DNA of 64,000 nt, counting the filler, from Sphacelaria rigidula (Eukaryota): NCBI GenBank assembly GCA_964200075.2. It is 6 parts of 6 records of this genome, joined end to end, with 100 filler letters (N's around TTAATTAATTAA, not from the genome) between each part and the next. Parts side by side here need not be neighbours in the genome. Positions count along the whole stretch, not along the records: positions 42,797 to 53,395 come from CAXNAA020006219.1; positions 53,496 to 64,000 come from CAXNAA020006374.1; 4 more parts are not named here. One strand, written 5' to 3'. The translations under genes and the position numbers were made by a program. The stretch's first letter is position 1. Each line of letters begins with the position of its first letter. Below, in pieces: positions 47,222-60,700 of the stretch. The notes below the pieces were generated by a model that worked only from the letters and a program-made list of their open reading frames with translations, was not told where the DNA came from and searched no databases.

Positions 47222-49745
47222 CTAGGTTCCCTTTCGGGAGGTTGCTACTGGCCTCCCGGGGGTGACGCAGATCAAAAATATATCAGTGTCATTCCTTTTT
47301 CATACTATGGAGGCATTTTTGTGGGAGAATATGTACCTTCCAGTAGATACTGCCATATTCCGCAGTTTCAGTTATCTCAGACCAAGAGTGGAGATCATCA
47401 AAAGAAGAAAGGTGGGCACTTCTAGCATGAAGAGCTCGCTTCACGGGCGGTGTGCTGAGGTGGAAAAGGCACGACCACGCACGAGATCCGCGACTGGAAA
47501 AAGGTCGCGTCTCGGCAGTACACCGTGACCTTGTGCAGGGTTCTTTACATGCCGGCCCCACCCCGCGCGCACGGATCCCAAATGACACTTGTATACAGTA
47601 TATATGTATGGTACTGCTTTCTGTCTGTGTGTACTTGGTGTACCACCCCTCGCTCCGCCACATCTAGTACTGTGATGTGATAAGGGTGAGGCACCCTGAG
47701 AAGGGTGTAATGGTGTTCACCACGATTGTTCCAGGTTCAGACCTCAGTGTACGTTGTTTGTTCACTCAGCTCAGCAGCACGGGCTGACCACAGTCGCTCT
47801 CATGTATTTCACATAAGGAGACAACAAGCAAATACAAACCAGAATGGCACCATTTTATCACGCAATTGATTGCATCCAACATCATCTACAGAACAGGGTA
47901 ATACAACACAAACCGAACAGGGTAATAAAACACACCAGACAAAACAGCATCCCGACTACTGCTCTTATCTCTGGGAATCACTTTCTCGCAGTTTGTAGAC
48001 ACTCCAATGGGGAACTGTTGAATCGCAGCCAAACACCGGGAATAAAAAGAGAGTGACGCTCGTTGGGGCTGCTTACAGCTTCAAACGTGTTTCGCCGCCC
48101 CCTAATCATCATAAACTGAGGTCATACCACAAAATCCAATAGCCGAGCTCTGCAATACATGCCATGGTTGGGTCACTACCTTTTTTTTTCGAAGTCAAAT
48201 ACATGCTCTCCGTAAAACGTCAACTCAAGGGGCAGCCAATTCTCCGCGATTTGAATATGAAAATGTCCATCATTCAATATCACCTTCGCCCCAAATCATG
48301 GCTACGTCCTGCAGTCACATCATATCACAGTACAGCGGTCGGTGATGCAACTAAGCGTGCATTTGCCCTAGGTGGCGCACGCAGGAGTAATAGGCGGCTT
48401 CTGCCGCCTCAATTCCCGCCTGTATCTTGAGCGGAGCTGTACGGTAACACAGCCGCTATGGCGCGGAAGCCGGCTGTAACAATTCACACCGCGTGGAGAT
48501 TTCTACACTGTTTTGAAGTGATACTGCGCGCAGGTTCCACTTCGAGTATTGCGCACATCGCAGTAGGCGAAAGCTTCCATACTGTGCACAGTACATTTTT
48601 TCAAATTGAATATTGACCGTAGAAAGCTCTTGTCCAGGGTGTAATGCATTTTCACACAAATATTAGGCGGTAAGATCGTGACATAATCCACAGCACATGG
48701 CCGAAGTGGAAGTGAGGCAATCACCGATATCTTCACATGCAAAGCCTGTGCGGCCGTACTCTAAGTTGATAACGCTAGAAGAACATCAGTGTAACGGCCA
48801 TCCTCGCTGCCGGCCTGTTTGCACAGCCGTCCCGGTAGTGATGAGACTGTCTGCAACGTGATGTCACCCCTAGTACCAGGTACGTCGGCAAGGGTCGGTG
48901 GCACTACCCACTGGTCGCCCGACAGGAGCTCAACCTTCGACTGTTGAAAACTTTGAAGCGGAGATGTTCAGCTCCCAACCCTCATATATATAGTGGATCA
49001 TCAAAGATGCTTGTTTGCTTGGTGTCTTCGAGCGTTCATCCATAATTGGGCGAAGATTGATGATGAGGCCAACAGGATCCGTCTCAGCCTGCGTGCTCAA
49101 CTGCCACTGTACCCACTATAGCCGTCATCAGACAGCAGGGTGTTGAAAAATAAGAACCCACTATAGCCGTCATCAGACCGGGCCATCAGCGGCTTCCCCT
49201 GCTGCAGCTGTGACTGTGACACCTTCCTCTAATACCAATCTACACAATCTCCAGTGAGCTTCAACATGCTTTTGTGGACTGTTGGGTTCGCATAACTGGG
49301 ATCCACATTACGCAGATATGACGGTGTTAGAGGCTTCACGTCAAAACTAAATAATGAGGGATCATAGATATTCGGCTTGTGTTTGCTGCTGACTAAGGCG
49401 AAGGCAATGATCAATTGTTTTCAACTGCTTTGCTCTCATGTTCTCGTGACATTCGTTGCATAACCGCTGTCTTCGTGCTCCCAAATCAACGAGAATGCAA
49501 AGAAAATCAGGGTGAAAGAATACCCCGCCATGAACAGGCTCTTGTGGTTCGGGTTCCTGTTTGAATTTTTCCACGATCTTGGAAAGGCTTTTGTGGTTCG
49601 GGATCGATACCCCGCGGAAAAAAGCCAGTTTGGGCGACTTTTGGTGGCCAGAATACGCGCCACAGGTATCAGATGACACCCGAACCTGAACGGTGATGTA
49701 CCGCTGCGCCTTCTTCGTGCACGGCATAAGAAAGCGCGGGATACA
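47222..49745 (-). mobile_element. Degenerate/non-autonomous Helitron
   Basis: Canonical 3' end on the minus strand: hairpin cgggagg...cctcccg (47235-47258), then CTAG|T at 47222. Segment 49360-49745 is homologous to 31060-31413, which continues to a Helitron-type A|TC 5' end. It encodes TCG...LCNECHENM. Confidence 0.6.
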
Positions 49746-50485
49746 ACTTTATGGATCGCGGCATACATGGAAGAAGGGCAGTACAATGATGAGTCCAGCT
49801 ATTCGACTGATGGGCTCGGAGAGCTAGTTGATGTGACCTACGGGTATTCCGACTAGAGGAGAGGGAGTGGTGTCCGTTGTAACGGTTACAGACACGCCTC
49901 CGTGCGCACCGTGGTTTTCATGATCCTTTGCGACCCTTGGTTTTACTCTCTCTTGACGAGCAAACAACGAGCGAAGAGCTCATGTGAATCTGATTGATGA
50001 GGCTATCAAACCCACCACCATGAAAGAAAAACTGAATCGCTTCTGGAGCTGTGATCACTGTACTGCGTTGGACGTATTTCCTCTTGCTATGCTTTCGAAG
50101 GTTGGTCGCTGAACACGGTGAAACAATACAGTACGGATCCCTGAAGCATACTCGGTACGTCAGTATTTGAAATATGGTCGTCACGATAGTATAATGATAG
50201 AAGAATTCAGTGCACAAACAGATGTGTAGTTGAGGCATGTTCCGGCATAGTCAACATGGTGTATTAGTCATCATGTATTTGCATGCGCATGAAATGACTC
50301 AAATGGATGCTTGCTCGAGACCACGAGACATGTTGCCTGTCTGTAAGCCAGTTGCGGCGCCCAATGCCGATAACCCCACACTATACAGATTATGTTTGTA
50401 ACATGGCGCTTCTACAACCGGAACTCTCGTTTCGACCGTTGTCATCCGTGACGTATGATCACTCCTTTTGGGATTTTCCGAAATG

Positions 50486-50731
50486 AGTGATGCTGCGATA
50501 GGGTCTGCACTTTTGCGGCCTGAGAGGAAATCGGGATTTAGGCCTGTCGAATCACCTTTGACTCTCACCACAGTTCTTAGAGCCTCAGGTTGGAACATGC
50601 ATTCATGACCCATGAGATAATTCCAGTTTATTATGGCACATGCAGTCGCATTCAGGTAGGCGACATTCAGATATTGAATTTTCTCAGGCCGGTTTTGGCC
50701 CCAAAAGTGCAGACCCTATCGCAGCATCACT
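50486..50731. mobile_element. MITE (TIR agtgatgctgcgatagggtctgcactttt)
   Basis: Perfect ~29-bp inverted repeat. Confidence 0.75.
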
Positions 50732-53689
50732 AAAATGCTCTTTTTCAACGAAGCGTCAGCCACCATGATGCTTCGGTCCCCATACATGGAAAATCTTTGT
50801 TCACCTCACACGATAACCCCGCATCATGTGATGACAAATTCTGCTGTCTGAGAGTGTGAAGTAGAACAAACTGGTTCTCGGTCAATCCCGTATGTCCTTG
50901 AAGTCGCTGCCTGCTGCGTTTATCCTACGTCACCTGAAGATACGTGTCCACGCCGTTGGTGCAGCGGTTATCGCTAAACGACTGAGTTTGATGTCAGAGG
51001 TGCAGCTATAATCGCCCTGCCTTTATGTGGATTTTTCAGTACTGTAATACGGGTAATTAAGTACAATTGTCCGCCGTGAGCAGCCACGTCCCTGCATGAT
51101 CAATATCTTTCGGTTGACGAGGTCCTCTAACAGTTTGAAATGATGTTTCCACGCGAAGGCAAGGCACCCGTTCTACTCTGTTATGCTACAGTTGTGAACA
51201 GTAGCTATGGCTGTGATGCGAGTTGGCTCATGTAATGTTTGTAGACTATGTCTTCACGAGGAAACTCAACAAAAGGCAGCCATGCCGACGGTGACGCATG
51301 TCGAATACAGACAACAAATATCCGTATACATTTCATAGTATAAGTGGGGATGATTCGAAATTTTTCAAATTCAACTGACCGAGTCAAGCTACCGCATGCA
51401 TGCATTGATCTCGCGAAGCCGCATTTCTACAGCATCTGTGCACGATCACAACGCGTCTATAACAAGCTGTAATCTATGGAGGGAAAGGAAATGATGGCGT
51501 GTCTGCAATAAGCGCACATATGTATATCTATATCCTGGGGTGCAGGGTTGCCGTTGCAATGCTGCCCGCTTAATTTGGAGCTTGCTGTGCCCTGTTCAAA
51601 ATCGGAGATACTCTACACCATGTTCCCCGAATCAAACGTCCATGTATTGTACTGTCTGTTGCTGTTGAATTGGCATGAAAGCGGCCCATCTGCTCTGTGT
51701 GCGTCCCGTCACTAAACATGAGTTTTACTCAACGCTTGCACAGTGCACGACTCAGGCTGATACCCCACCTTCCTATAACCTGATGCGGCGCACTGTTGTC
51801 ATCTGATTGCTACCAGTTATCCCTCATCATTATCCTACATCAATCGTGCCTTACTGTTCGAAGAGATATTACCTCATGTCGCTAAAACCCGACCCACTTG
51901 AGCCAAATTTTCGGTCACCATGCATTCAGTACGCCCTATACACATTGCCATATAAATGCGGCAGGTTTTGAGATGTGATAGATGGTCTCCCGTACGCCTT
52001 GAAATAAAAACTTGCTCTCACGGGTGAGTGCACCGGATCGAAATGTGAAACTCGCACACAGCAATGAAAACGTTGAGGTGATGACCCTTGACACCCAGGG
52101 ATGTGAGTGAAACAAACAATGCTGCTCTATACACCGCGCAGAGGGGGGGCTGTAAGCCACCCTATCGTTGTGAGTATTAACCCTTTGACCACGAGGGTAA
52201 GTCACCTGCTGAATTGGCATCAGTATCCATTGGGGAAAAGTATACATAACGCAGATGGATTACCCGCACCACCGTCGAGGGTTCAAGCAACTGTACTGTG
52301 TTGTACTGTACTGTACTACTGCTGGATTTCGTATTGCACAAACGTTTGCATCGATGCTTGCGTTCTTCTGTTAGTCGTCCGGCATTTGCTTGCTCCCAAC
52401 GTGATCATTCATGTGCTGCGGAAAAAAATCTAACATACAGTACGATGGCCGAGAAACTACAATGTGGGTACCGATTTATTGCGCGACGCTGAATATATAT
52501 ATATCGTTCACTACAGTTGTCACGCGGTTCGATACTGTTGTGGTTGTTCCTAACCAGCACAGCTTCACCACCCCCCCGCCGTTACTCGATTCAAGAACCA
52601 ATCCTGTGATATTTTTGCGGCATACACCAAATATGTCATGTTACTAGCTGCATTTTCCACTCCCGCCTCCGAGGGCGGCTCGAATGGGAAAGAGAAGAAG
52701 CGATACAAAAATTTGAGTATCAACGGCGATGATATGTGCGCGGTAATACGATTTGATACTGTTACTATATAAGGGTCAAATCTTGTCGTGTAGACCTGAA
52801 TGAGTGGAGTCACGGTGGATGCTAGGATTGCATGACTCTCTGCACTGCTTTACTAAATCTTTCCATGCAACAGCTGTTGTGTTGCTTTTTCCAGCTTTGC
52901 TATATTCTTCGATGCAACACCTGCTGTAAGCCCGATTTCTGCTGTGCAATGCATCGGAAAGGAGCGATTTGCACTGCACAACTCAAAATGAAGTGAAACC
53001 TCTGTACCCGTTTCGCCCCGTTTACCGATACCAGCTGGACTTGAAGTTTTAAGTTGTTCACCTCAAGCCTGCGCAATGATACTCCTGCAGCTCCGTCGGT
53101 ATACGCTGAGATGAAATGATTATCTACACCGCTTTGATGTATTCTTGGATGACATAGCTGTACGACGCCATTTCGTTGTGAATATTGATCATGTTGACCA
53201 CGAGGGTAGGTCACCTGCTGAGTTAGCATCAGTATTCACTTGAAAAAGAGATATGCATGACGCAGAGGGACTACCCGCACCGCGGTCTAGAATTCACGAC
53301 GCCGTACTGTGTTGCACTGTCCGAACTGCTGCTTACAATCAACAGGGTTGCCAGAAAAATGAGAACGTATTTTGAAATGAGAATCCACCGCTCCCNNNNN
53401 NNNNNNNNNNNNNNNNNNNNNNNNNNNNNNNNNNNNNNNTTAATTAATTAANNNNNNNNNNNNNNNNNNNNNNNNNNNNNNNNNNNNNNNNNNNNTTTCT
53501 GCAATAGCTGGCCACTGAGGCCCTTGATATCCCTGAGTAGGATGTCGACGTGTAGCTGTAAGCACACGCAAGTGATGGAGGTAAAGAAAAACACACGTGG
53601 AATAAAAAAATGACTCGAATGATCAAAGCCACTCTCAATCGTATCATCTACTCTCAATCTCACGAAAACACTGTTAAAAGCGGGTCTTA

Positions 53690-54190
53690 GGCCGCTTCTT
53701 ATAACAGCCAAAAATAAAAATCTGAAAAAGTGCCTTTTTGGAGCTCTCACGTCGTCTTACGCCCCAAAAGAGAGCTAGGCGGATTTTAACACATCGGAAT
53801 AACTTGCTTTACTAATTGAGCCAGTTCCAGGACATCTCCCGTTTTCCGGTGACCGCAGTTTTCGTTTTGGCCAAACAAGAATTCTTGTCCAAGAACGGTA
53901 AAAAACAGTGAAAATCGCCACTTTTCTGTGGACTTGACTGTTCATGAAAATCGCCACTTTTCTGTGGACTCGACTGTTTATTACCGTTCGTGGACAATAA
54001 TTCTTGGTTGGCCAAAACGAAAACTGCGGTCACCGGAAAACGGGAAGATGTCCTGGAACCGCCTCAATTAGTAGAGCAAGTCATTTGGTGTCAAACTCCG
54101 CCCAGCTCTCTTTTGGGGCGTAAAATGACGTGGAAGGTCCAAAAAGGTACTTTTCCAGATTTTTATTTTTGTCTGTTGTAAGGAGCGGCC
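53690..54190. mobile_element. PIF/Harbinger (Tourist-like) MITE with long TIRs
   Basis: TTA|GGCCGC...GCGGCC|TTA with ~100-bp imperfect TIRs. Second copy at 39014-39489. Confidence 0.85.
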
Positions 54191-56299
54191 TTAGACCGTA
54201 TCTTATTAAAGAAAAATCGGCTCGAAAACATGCAGTCGAATCGAACTGGTCGTTACGAGGACGATTCTGATACGTCCACGGCATATTTATGTTCCTAGAT
54301 GACTTCAAATCCATTTTATAATTCGTTGCACGCAACGGGCAGGGTCAAAAACAGAAAAGCTCAGTTTTTTCGAGCGAAACGAGCGGCGGAATGAACGAAG
54401 CGGCACGTAACTCTCATGTTGCAGACAACTGTGCCAGATACTACCCTTTGACAGAGGTACCCAGAACCCAAATGGTTCATTCGCAGCTACCTACTCAACC
54501 TTGTGGCACAGGTCACGAACTGAGCGCAGGGAAACATACATCACAGTGATAGAAACTGACACCACTGTTGGGGCATGATGTGTTCCTTTTTGTTGGCGAA
54601 CACTTGGGCATCTAATTTTTTAGCAGGGTCCACCGACGGAGTTGCGTGTCGGGGTGGGCGATCGAATTGCCGACGCGCTCATGGACAGTAGAGGCGGTGC
54701 AAAACTGCACGTGGTTCGAATCTGCTTCGCATCCTCGTGTGTGCAGAGAGTCAGAAAGCTGTGCTGTTTGTCAAATCTGCTGTGTGTCGGGTTGCCCGCT
54801 TCTTTTCCACATCGCGCCCGCATGCTGTGCGAAACACACACAATCTGGACAGTACAGCACAGGTCCCCACTGTTGTACAGCCTGTACCGTCTATTGAATG
54901 TAGGTAAAGAAGTACCGCTTCACGAATTTCGCTTAGCCTTTTCGATTCAAATCGTGCAAATTCGCTCGGACCCAAACATAGCAAAGCAAAGTGAATCTAT
55001 TCCGCCGCACGAACTCGTTCGAAAATGTTTCAAGACACAGCCTCAGCCCGTGGTGCGTTTTGAAAAGAGGCCTACAGGTAGCGACAGAAGGCCTGAATCC
55101 TTTTCAACAGTAACAGCTAATTGAGTGTCGGAGGGTGGGGGGTGTACTCCTGATCTTGCATGCCGTAGTCACATGAACTTTGAACTCCTATCCCTACAAA
55201 GCTGTGGCGGAGCACGCCGGATTTTCGCCGGACCAAGGCTCATGGAGCGGGGGGGGGAAGGTGAGTAGGGGGGGGTCACCTGTTGAATCGGCATCATGTT
55301 GAGGGGATAAATGAAATCACACACGGTTATCCAGTGGGCAATCGAAGGATGTTAGATGTTGCAAACACTTCACGAGAGGTAGGGTTCATGCACGGAGGAT
55401 GTCGGTGCTGACAAGGCGAAGGTCCTGACCTTTGTTCACAGTGCTGGACTCCAGGCCCGGCGCAAATCAGTGCCGTGGACTCTCTTGTTGCATGGGGTGC
55501 GAGTGCGTTCTACCGGCGCTGTACTGTAGTTACTACTATTATAGCTAGTTGCTGCTGTACAGTAGTACAGTACAGTACACAAAGAGCAAATTGCACATGT
55601 TTTTCGTAGGCACCACTCCTGACTGTGTACTGCCCACCGTTGTGATAAGGCAGCAAAAAGGCGTCGATGGACCAACCGATTACTCGCCTCAAGCACCCGC
55701 ACCCTATCTAGTGCCTCAGGTGTAGATAAACCGAGTTGTGCTGTAGTGTGGAACTGTGAGAGAAAAGCCAAAGTCGGACCAGGAAGCTTTCTTTCGCCTC
55801 CTGCCGCCCGTCTCCTTTTTTTTTTTCTGCCCTTGTGATCGCACATCATAGATGCCAAGGACACGAATGAGCTCGTGTACAAGAGCACATGCTACATACA
55901 GCATTACTCACCGCTGAGCAAGGCTCTTCTTCTGTGCTTCCCTATCTCGGGCACGTCATGGTATGCTTCTTTGGGAGTTCCATCAACACTCATTACACAG
56001 GATGGTACGAACACGCGGGTTGTCGTGGAATCCATGACTGGTGATCCGGTTTCAAATGTCAGGTGATCATTTTCTGTGTTTTTTTCAGGGTTCTTTTTTA
56101 ATAGTCTTTCAAACGCCTCCGCGAAAAACGGTGAAAAGCGTTGGATGATGGCAAAAAACCCGATTCAGCAAGCACGGTCAGCACCTGCTGTGCATTCAAG
56201 AGCGGCCCAGACAGCATCCAAGAGCGGCCCAGACAGCATCGCCCAGGAGGAAGGAGGAGACGCATGAACAATCAAGGTGCGTTCATATATTGACAGAAA

Positions 56300-57560
56300 G
56301 TTCCTCTCGAAAATTTCAATGGCAACAGTGCTGTATGCAAGGAGTTAGGGCAGAATCCGTGCAGCTCAGGGTGAACATCACCCCCCTCGCTGAAACCTGA
56401 CCTCCGGTGTCATGGGAGAAGATGGCGCTCGACCTACACGATCAGGAGAGATACAGAGGAATGCTTCACCATGTGGGCAACGCAAACTTTCTGTTGCAAA
56501 AGATTTCGCTGAAATCCATCGCTGTCTAAAAATTCATGACTCGACTGAAGTTGAAGAAAGTTCAAATTTTGCTCCGCACCAGCACATGCGTGTAGTAGAG
56601 AGTCCCCTTCCTGCTCTACAAGCAGTTCACCCCAGTACAGTACAAGCGCGTGCAGCACAACACCATGCACCCTAGTGCAGCACACAACCACATAACTTCG
56701 TTGAGTGAAGTGTAGTGCAGCACAGAGTGTTGTACAGCCTGTGAAGTGCATTGTTCAGGTATGACCAGCGCCGAGTGCGGGAAGAAACAGTATGTACAGT
56801 ACCGCTGTAGTCGTGTCACGGTCTGGTCGAAGCCATCCGCATTCACGATGAGCGACATGCGGCCGTGGACCATGTGTAATTCTGCGGGTTAGGTACTCCA
56901 TGAAGGCAGGTATTCATCCCACCTGGTGCCTTTTTATTGTGCATGTATTGTACAGCCTGTGAAGTGCAATATTCGGGTATGACCAGCACCGAGTGCGGGA
57001 AGAAACAGTATGTACAGTACTACATGGCGGCCTTGTCGAAGCCATCCACAATCACGATGAGCGACATGCGGCCGTGGGTCATTTGTAATTCTTCGGGTTG
57101 AGTACTCCATGAAGAAAAGTATTGATCCCACCTGGCGCCTTTTCATTGCGCGTCGATAGCATGTTGGGAACCTGCACTCGGGTTCAGACGACCCCCTACG
57201 TGGAGCGAGAATGTCCGACTCATAAACGACACAGATTTCGAGTTGTGAACTTGGACAGTACATCAGTACGACGATCACATGCAGGATCATGAGATTAGAT
57301 GATGCGGCAACCAAAACTCCGTTATCGCTGGACAGTACAGTATTATAACCGCACGATTGAAGACATCTGTAATAAAAATAATTGACGTATGATCCCACAC
57401 GCATCCGCTCCCCCGCACATTCGCTTACCGTAGATGTGGAAGATCCCCAAGACTCACAGTTGGGGTGTAACGTCTGGAGCACTTTTGAGACGCCGGCCGG
57501 GGCAGACCGAACGTGAGATACGGCACCGCAATCTGTCTCAAGGTAAGAGCACACAATACT
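56300..57560 (-). mobile_element. Degraded CACTA/EnSpm-like (Transposase_21-type) transposase remnant
   Basis: The minus strand gives Cys-rich QKCSRRY...RCLQSCG, then DAQ*KGARWD...GRMSLIVNADGFD (resembles D-x3-G-x2-W ... L-x-x-N-x-DGF around the first catalytic Asp), and later IFERNF. Multiple stops. Confidence 0.4.
56730..57143. repeat. Tandem duplication of about 200 bp (period about 218 bp)
   Basis: tgtacagcctgtgaagtgca...cccacctggYgccttttt occurs at ~56730-56932 and ~56948-57143 as diverged copies. Confidence 0.9.
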
Positions 57561-57787
57561 CCTCGTACACTATTACCGTGCGAAATTGAAGTGCTGAAGA
57601 TCCAGCTCATCCGACTGCTTTCCTCTTGTTCCCGCTGATGACTGATATTTGAACTAAATTGAGGATGCCTACGTTTCGGGATATCATCATTGCACACGAA
57701 CCCGTGTCTTTTACAATCTAAAAATACAGAAGACTGCACGATTGATACGTTGTGTCAATCTATCATTTTCTCGTCTATTCCGGGCAG

Positions 57788-60700
57788 GTAATGAAGTGTC
57801 TACACCACTGTCGCCTCCATCCCGACCCACACATGCCACAACCGCGGTTGAAAGCAGATCTCCCCTGACGCACTCCGGATGTGCAGCACCGGTCGAAAAT
57901 GTGAGGGACATCGCCGAGGGTCACACCGGCGAACGAGCCAAACCGCAAAAGTGGCTGAGTCCCCGTTCCTACGGGAAAGATACGGCGACTGTGCTGTTCA
58001 GTGCGCCGGAGGCGTCCTTCGCGTCCAGTGATGGCGCATCTGTAAAAAAGCAGGGGTTGGACGGGTGCAATGACCATCCGAGTGCAGAAGGTGGTAACTT
58101 CAAATTTCGATCGGCCGGGGAAGGTGCGACTTGTGAAATCTCCATCACCTCGGCGTCAGAAAACAATGTACGGGAGGTGTTACCACGGAATCCGCCGACA
58201 GTATCTCTCAAGGAAGTGGGTAACACCCCCCGCAAAATCGGGAGAGCTGCCGGTGGTAAAGTCCCGGAGGTACAAGCTTGAACTCCATCGGCCAAGTCCG
58301 GCAGAGGCACACCACCACATGCTGGCATACGTGCATCGAGGCGGAAGAGAACCGCGACGAATAAGCCGGAGGTTAACAGCATATGGGGAGCGTGGCATGA
58401 ACAACAGCAGGGGGTGTTGCAGCACAGAAACGGCGTGAGGAAAGATCACCTGCTGGCAATACAATTTCCCGAGGAAGTGCCGATATCCGTATCCCCATAC
58501 AACTCAAGACGGGATCCTACTCGGGGCTCACCGGGGAGTTTTCCACGTCGGGACACCGTAACAAGTGACCAGGCTCACCATGCACCTCGCGACTAACTCC
58601 TGCAGGCGCGCCGGCGTCAAAATCGAAGCGGAAAAAGAAGGCTACATATGCTGCCGCCACTGAGGTCGACCAATGCAGAGTTGAAGGTGTCAGCAGCTCA
58701 TATTTCGCGGGTTCGGAACAAGAGCAGGTAGCGCCGGCACCTACGAACGGGGCTGCCAGCGAGCTAATGACGCATCCCGACCGCCGGGCAACACCCCCCG
58801 ATACTGATCGTAGTGAACATCGCGCGCGCGGTGAAAGAGGGAAATTGGCGACGTGACGCAGTAGTTCTCAAGGTCTCCCTGGGGAATCGTGATAGCTGCA
58901 GGGTGCGTGCTGTGCCGGCAGGGTCTACCCCTGTTAGTGGTATGAGGAGGGGGAAAGGACGTAAGCGGGTTTGCAGTCGTGATGTGTGTGGCATGCAGTG
59001 CCCCGTCTTCGACGACGAATGCAACACGTGCTCGTCTTACGGCCAGATACACGACCCGGCATCGCGGCTGTGCTTTGCCTGCCATCGACCAGGGCCCGGG
59101 GAAGGCAATGCCTGGCGTCATCTTGGCGCGGCGCGAATCACGGAGGCTCGGCAATTTCTAGAGTCGTGTGCGCATGATGATGGTGTACGCCCGACTGCGC
59201 TTGTGAAAAACTATCAACCGAGTTCAGATTGCTTGTGCAACCGGCATGATTCTTTTTGGCGCTCCATCGAGCGACACAGGATAACGAGTACTAGACGGAA
59301 GGCAAATTCTCTCCCTCCGGTTAGCTGCACACCCTTGACTGTTGGTTTAACATTCCCCCCCCTACCCCTGCCGAGCCGGACTTTGTTGCAGAGGTACACC
59401 AAAAAGTGATTGCGGCCGTTGGGGAGGGGCGTCTAGTGGGACTGGAGGATGTTTAATCCTGGCTGACCGAAGCCAGAACTGCAGTGAACGCCCGGGCTGT
59501 TCTAGACAAGCGCACCAGGGAGCAAGCGCTGAGAATTGTCGATGCGGTGGCCGCGGACGGCGCAGTCGACACCAAGCTTGAGAAGATAAGCGGGGTTGAT
59601 GCGGCTGTATGCGATGGGCGACGCAAGTTCATCTATCTCGTTCCTTCCGTGGTGGCGCCCGAGGTGTCCATTGCGGCCGGCGTTGAACTTCGTAACATGC
59701 GTACGAGGGTGAGAGACTTGGAGCGTTCTGTCTCCCGCCTCACCGCCGAGATGAAGACTGGTCAGCCTATTGAATACGCACTCCAGCGGGTGACAGCTGC
59801 CGGTTTGCAGAAGGATCAACGGGCCGTGGTCATAGCGGCTGGGTCTATCGTCAGGGTGGACATCGAAAGTGCACACGAACTGAGGAACGTATCGGGGGAT
59901 AGGGACCAGAAATACGCCGCCGGCACTGTTGGCATTGCTGAGCAGTCTATGCCATTTGCAAGTGTCGAGTGATGATCCGGACTTGCTTTTTACGACAGTG
60001 GATGAAGCAAGGAGCGGTAGGCAAGGGGATTCTGTTCATGCGTCTCGCACCGCTGGGGCGGATGATGTCGACATGTCGGCGGCGCGGGATGGCGGGGCGG
60101 GTTTGATGGGCACCGCAAGCAGGTGTGGTGGTGGAACGGCGCAACACGAACACAGGGGCGCAGCTCAAGGGGGATCGGCGATGTTCCTCGCCAGCGCAAG
60201 GACACACGGATCGACCCTGCGGGGAAAGGCGCTGCGCAAGAAGATGAGGAAGAGGAAGAGGCGGATTAGGAGACTGTACATCCTCGTGCAAAACCTCGTC
60301 GAAACTGTTTCAGGCCGAGGTTTTCGCACAATGCACGACTTCCATCTAGCGCAGGTGTCGAAAACGCACGGCACACCCGTGACTTGTCATCGACTACGTC
60401 GCCGCCCATGGATTCTGCATGTCAGAGTCGATGCGGTACAAGCGGAAACAGTTCTACGTGAAGTGGAGGATGGACAGACATGCCATGGCCCTCGCATTAC
60501 GGGTTGCTGCGATTCCTTGGGACAACTGCGATTTTTGGCCGACGACGAGTGTCACGGGGGTCGGGGCACATGTCAATACTACAGCGGCCACCTGCGTGGC
60601 CGTGGAGAATCTGCCCGGGCATCTATCGCTCATGCACGCGCACCGCTGGCAAGGTGATCTGGTGGCCGCGGATTTCACGACGGGACCCTCCTGGCACAGG

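Noticed and set aside
47289-48060. PIF1 helicase motifs near the Helitron 3' end (QQFPI, TLHKV)
   Set aside because: The fragments are too short and not colinear with the TxxKSQG and YVALSR motifs.
50750-50940. Harbinger/ISL2EU transposase HTH (HTGLTENQFVLL)
   Set aside because: A single short motif with no DDE region identifiable downstream.
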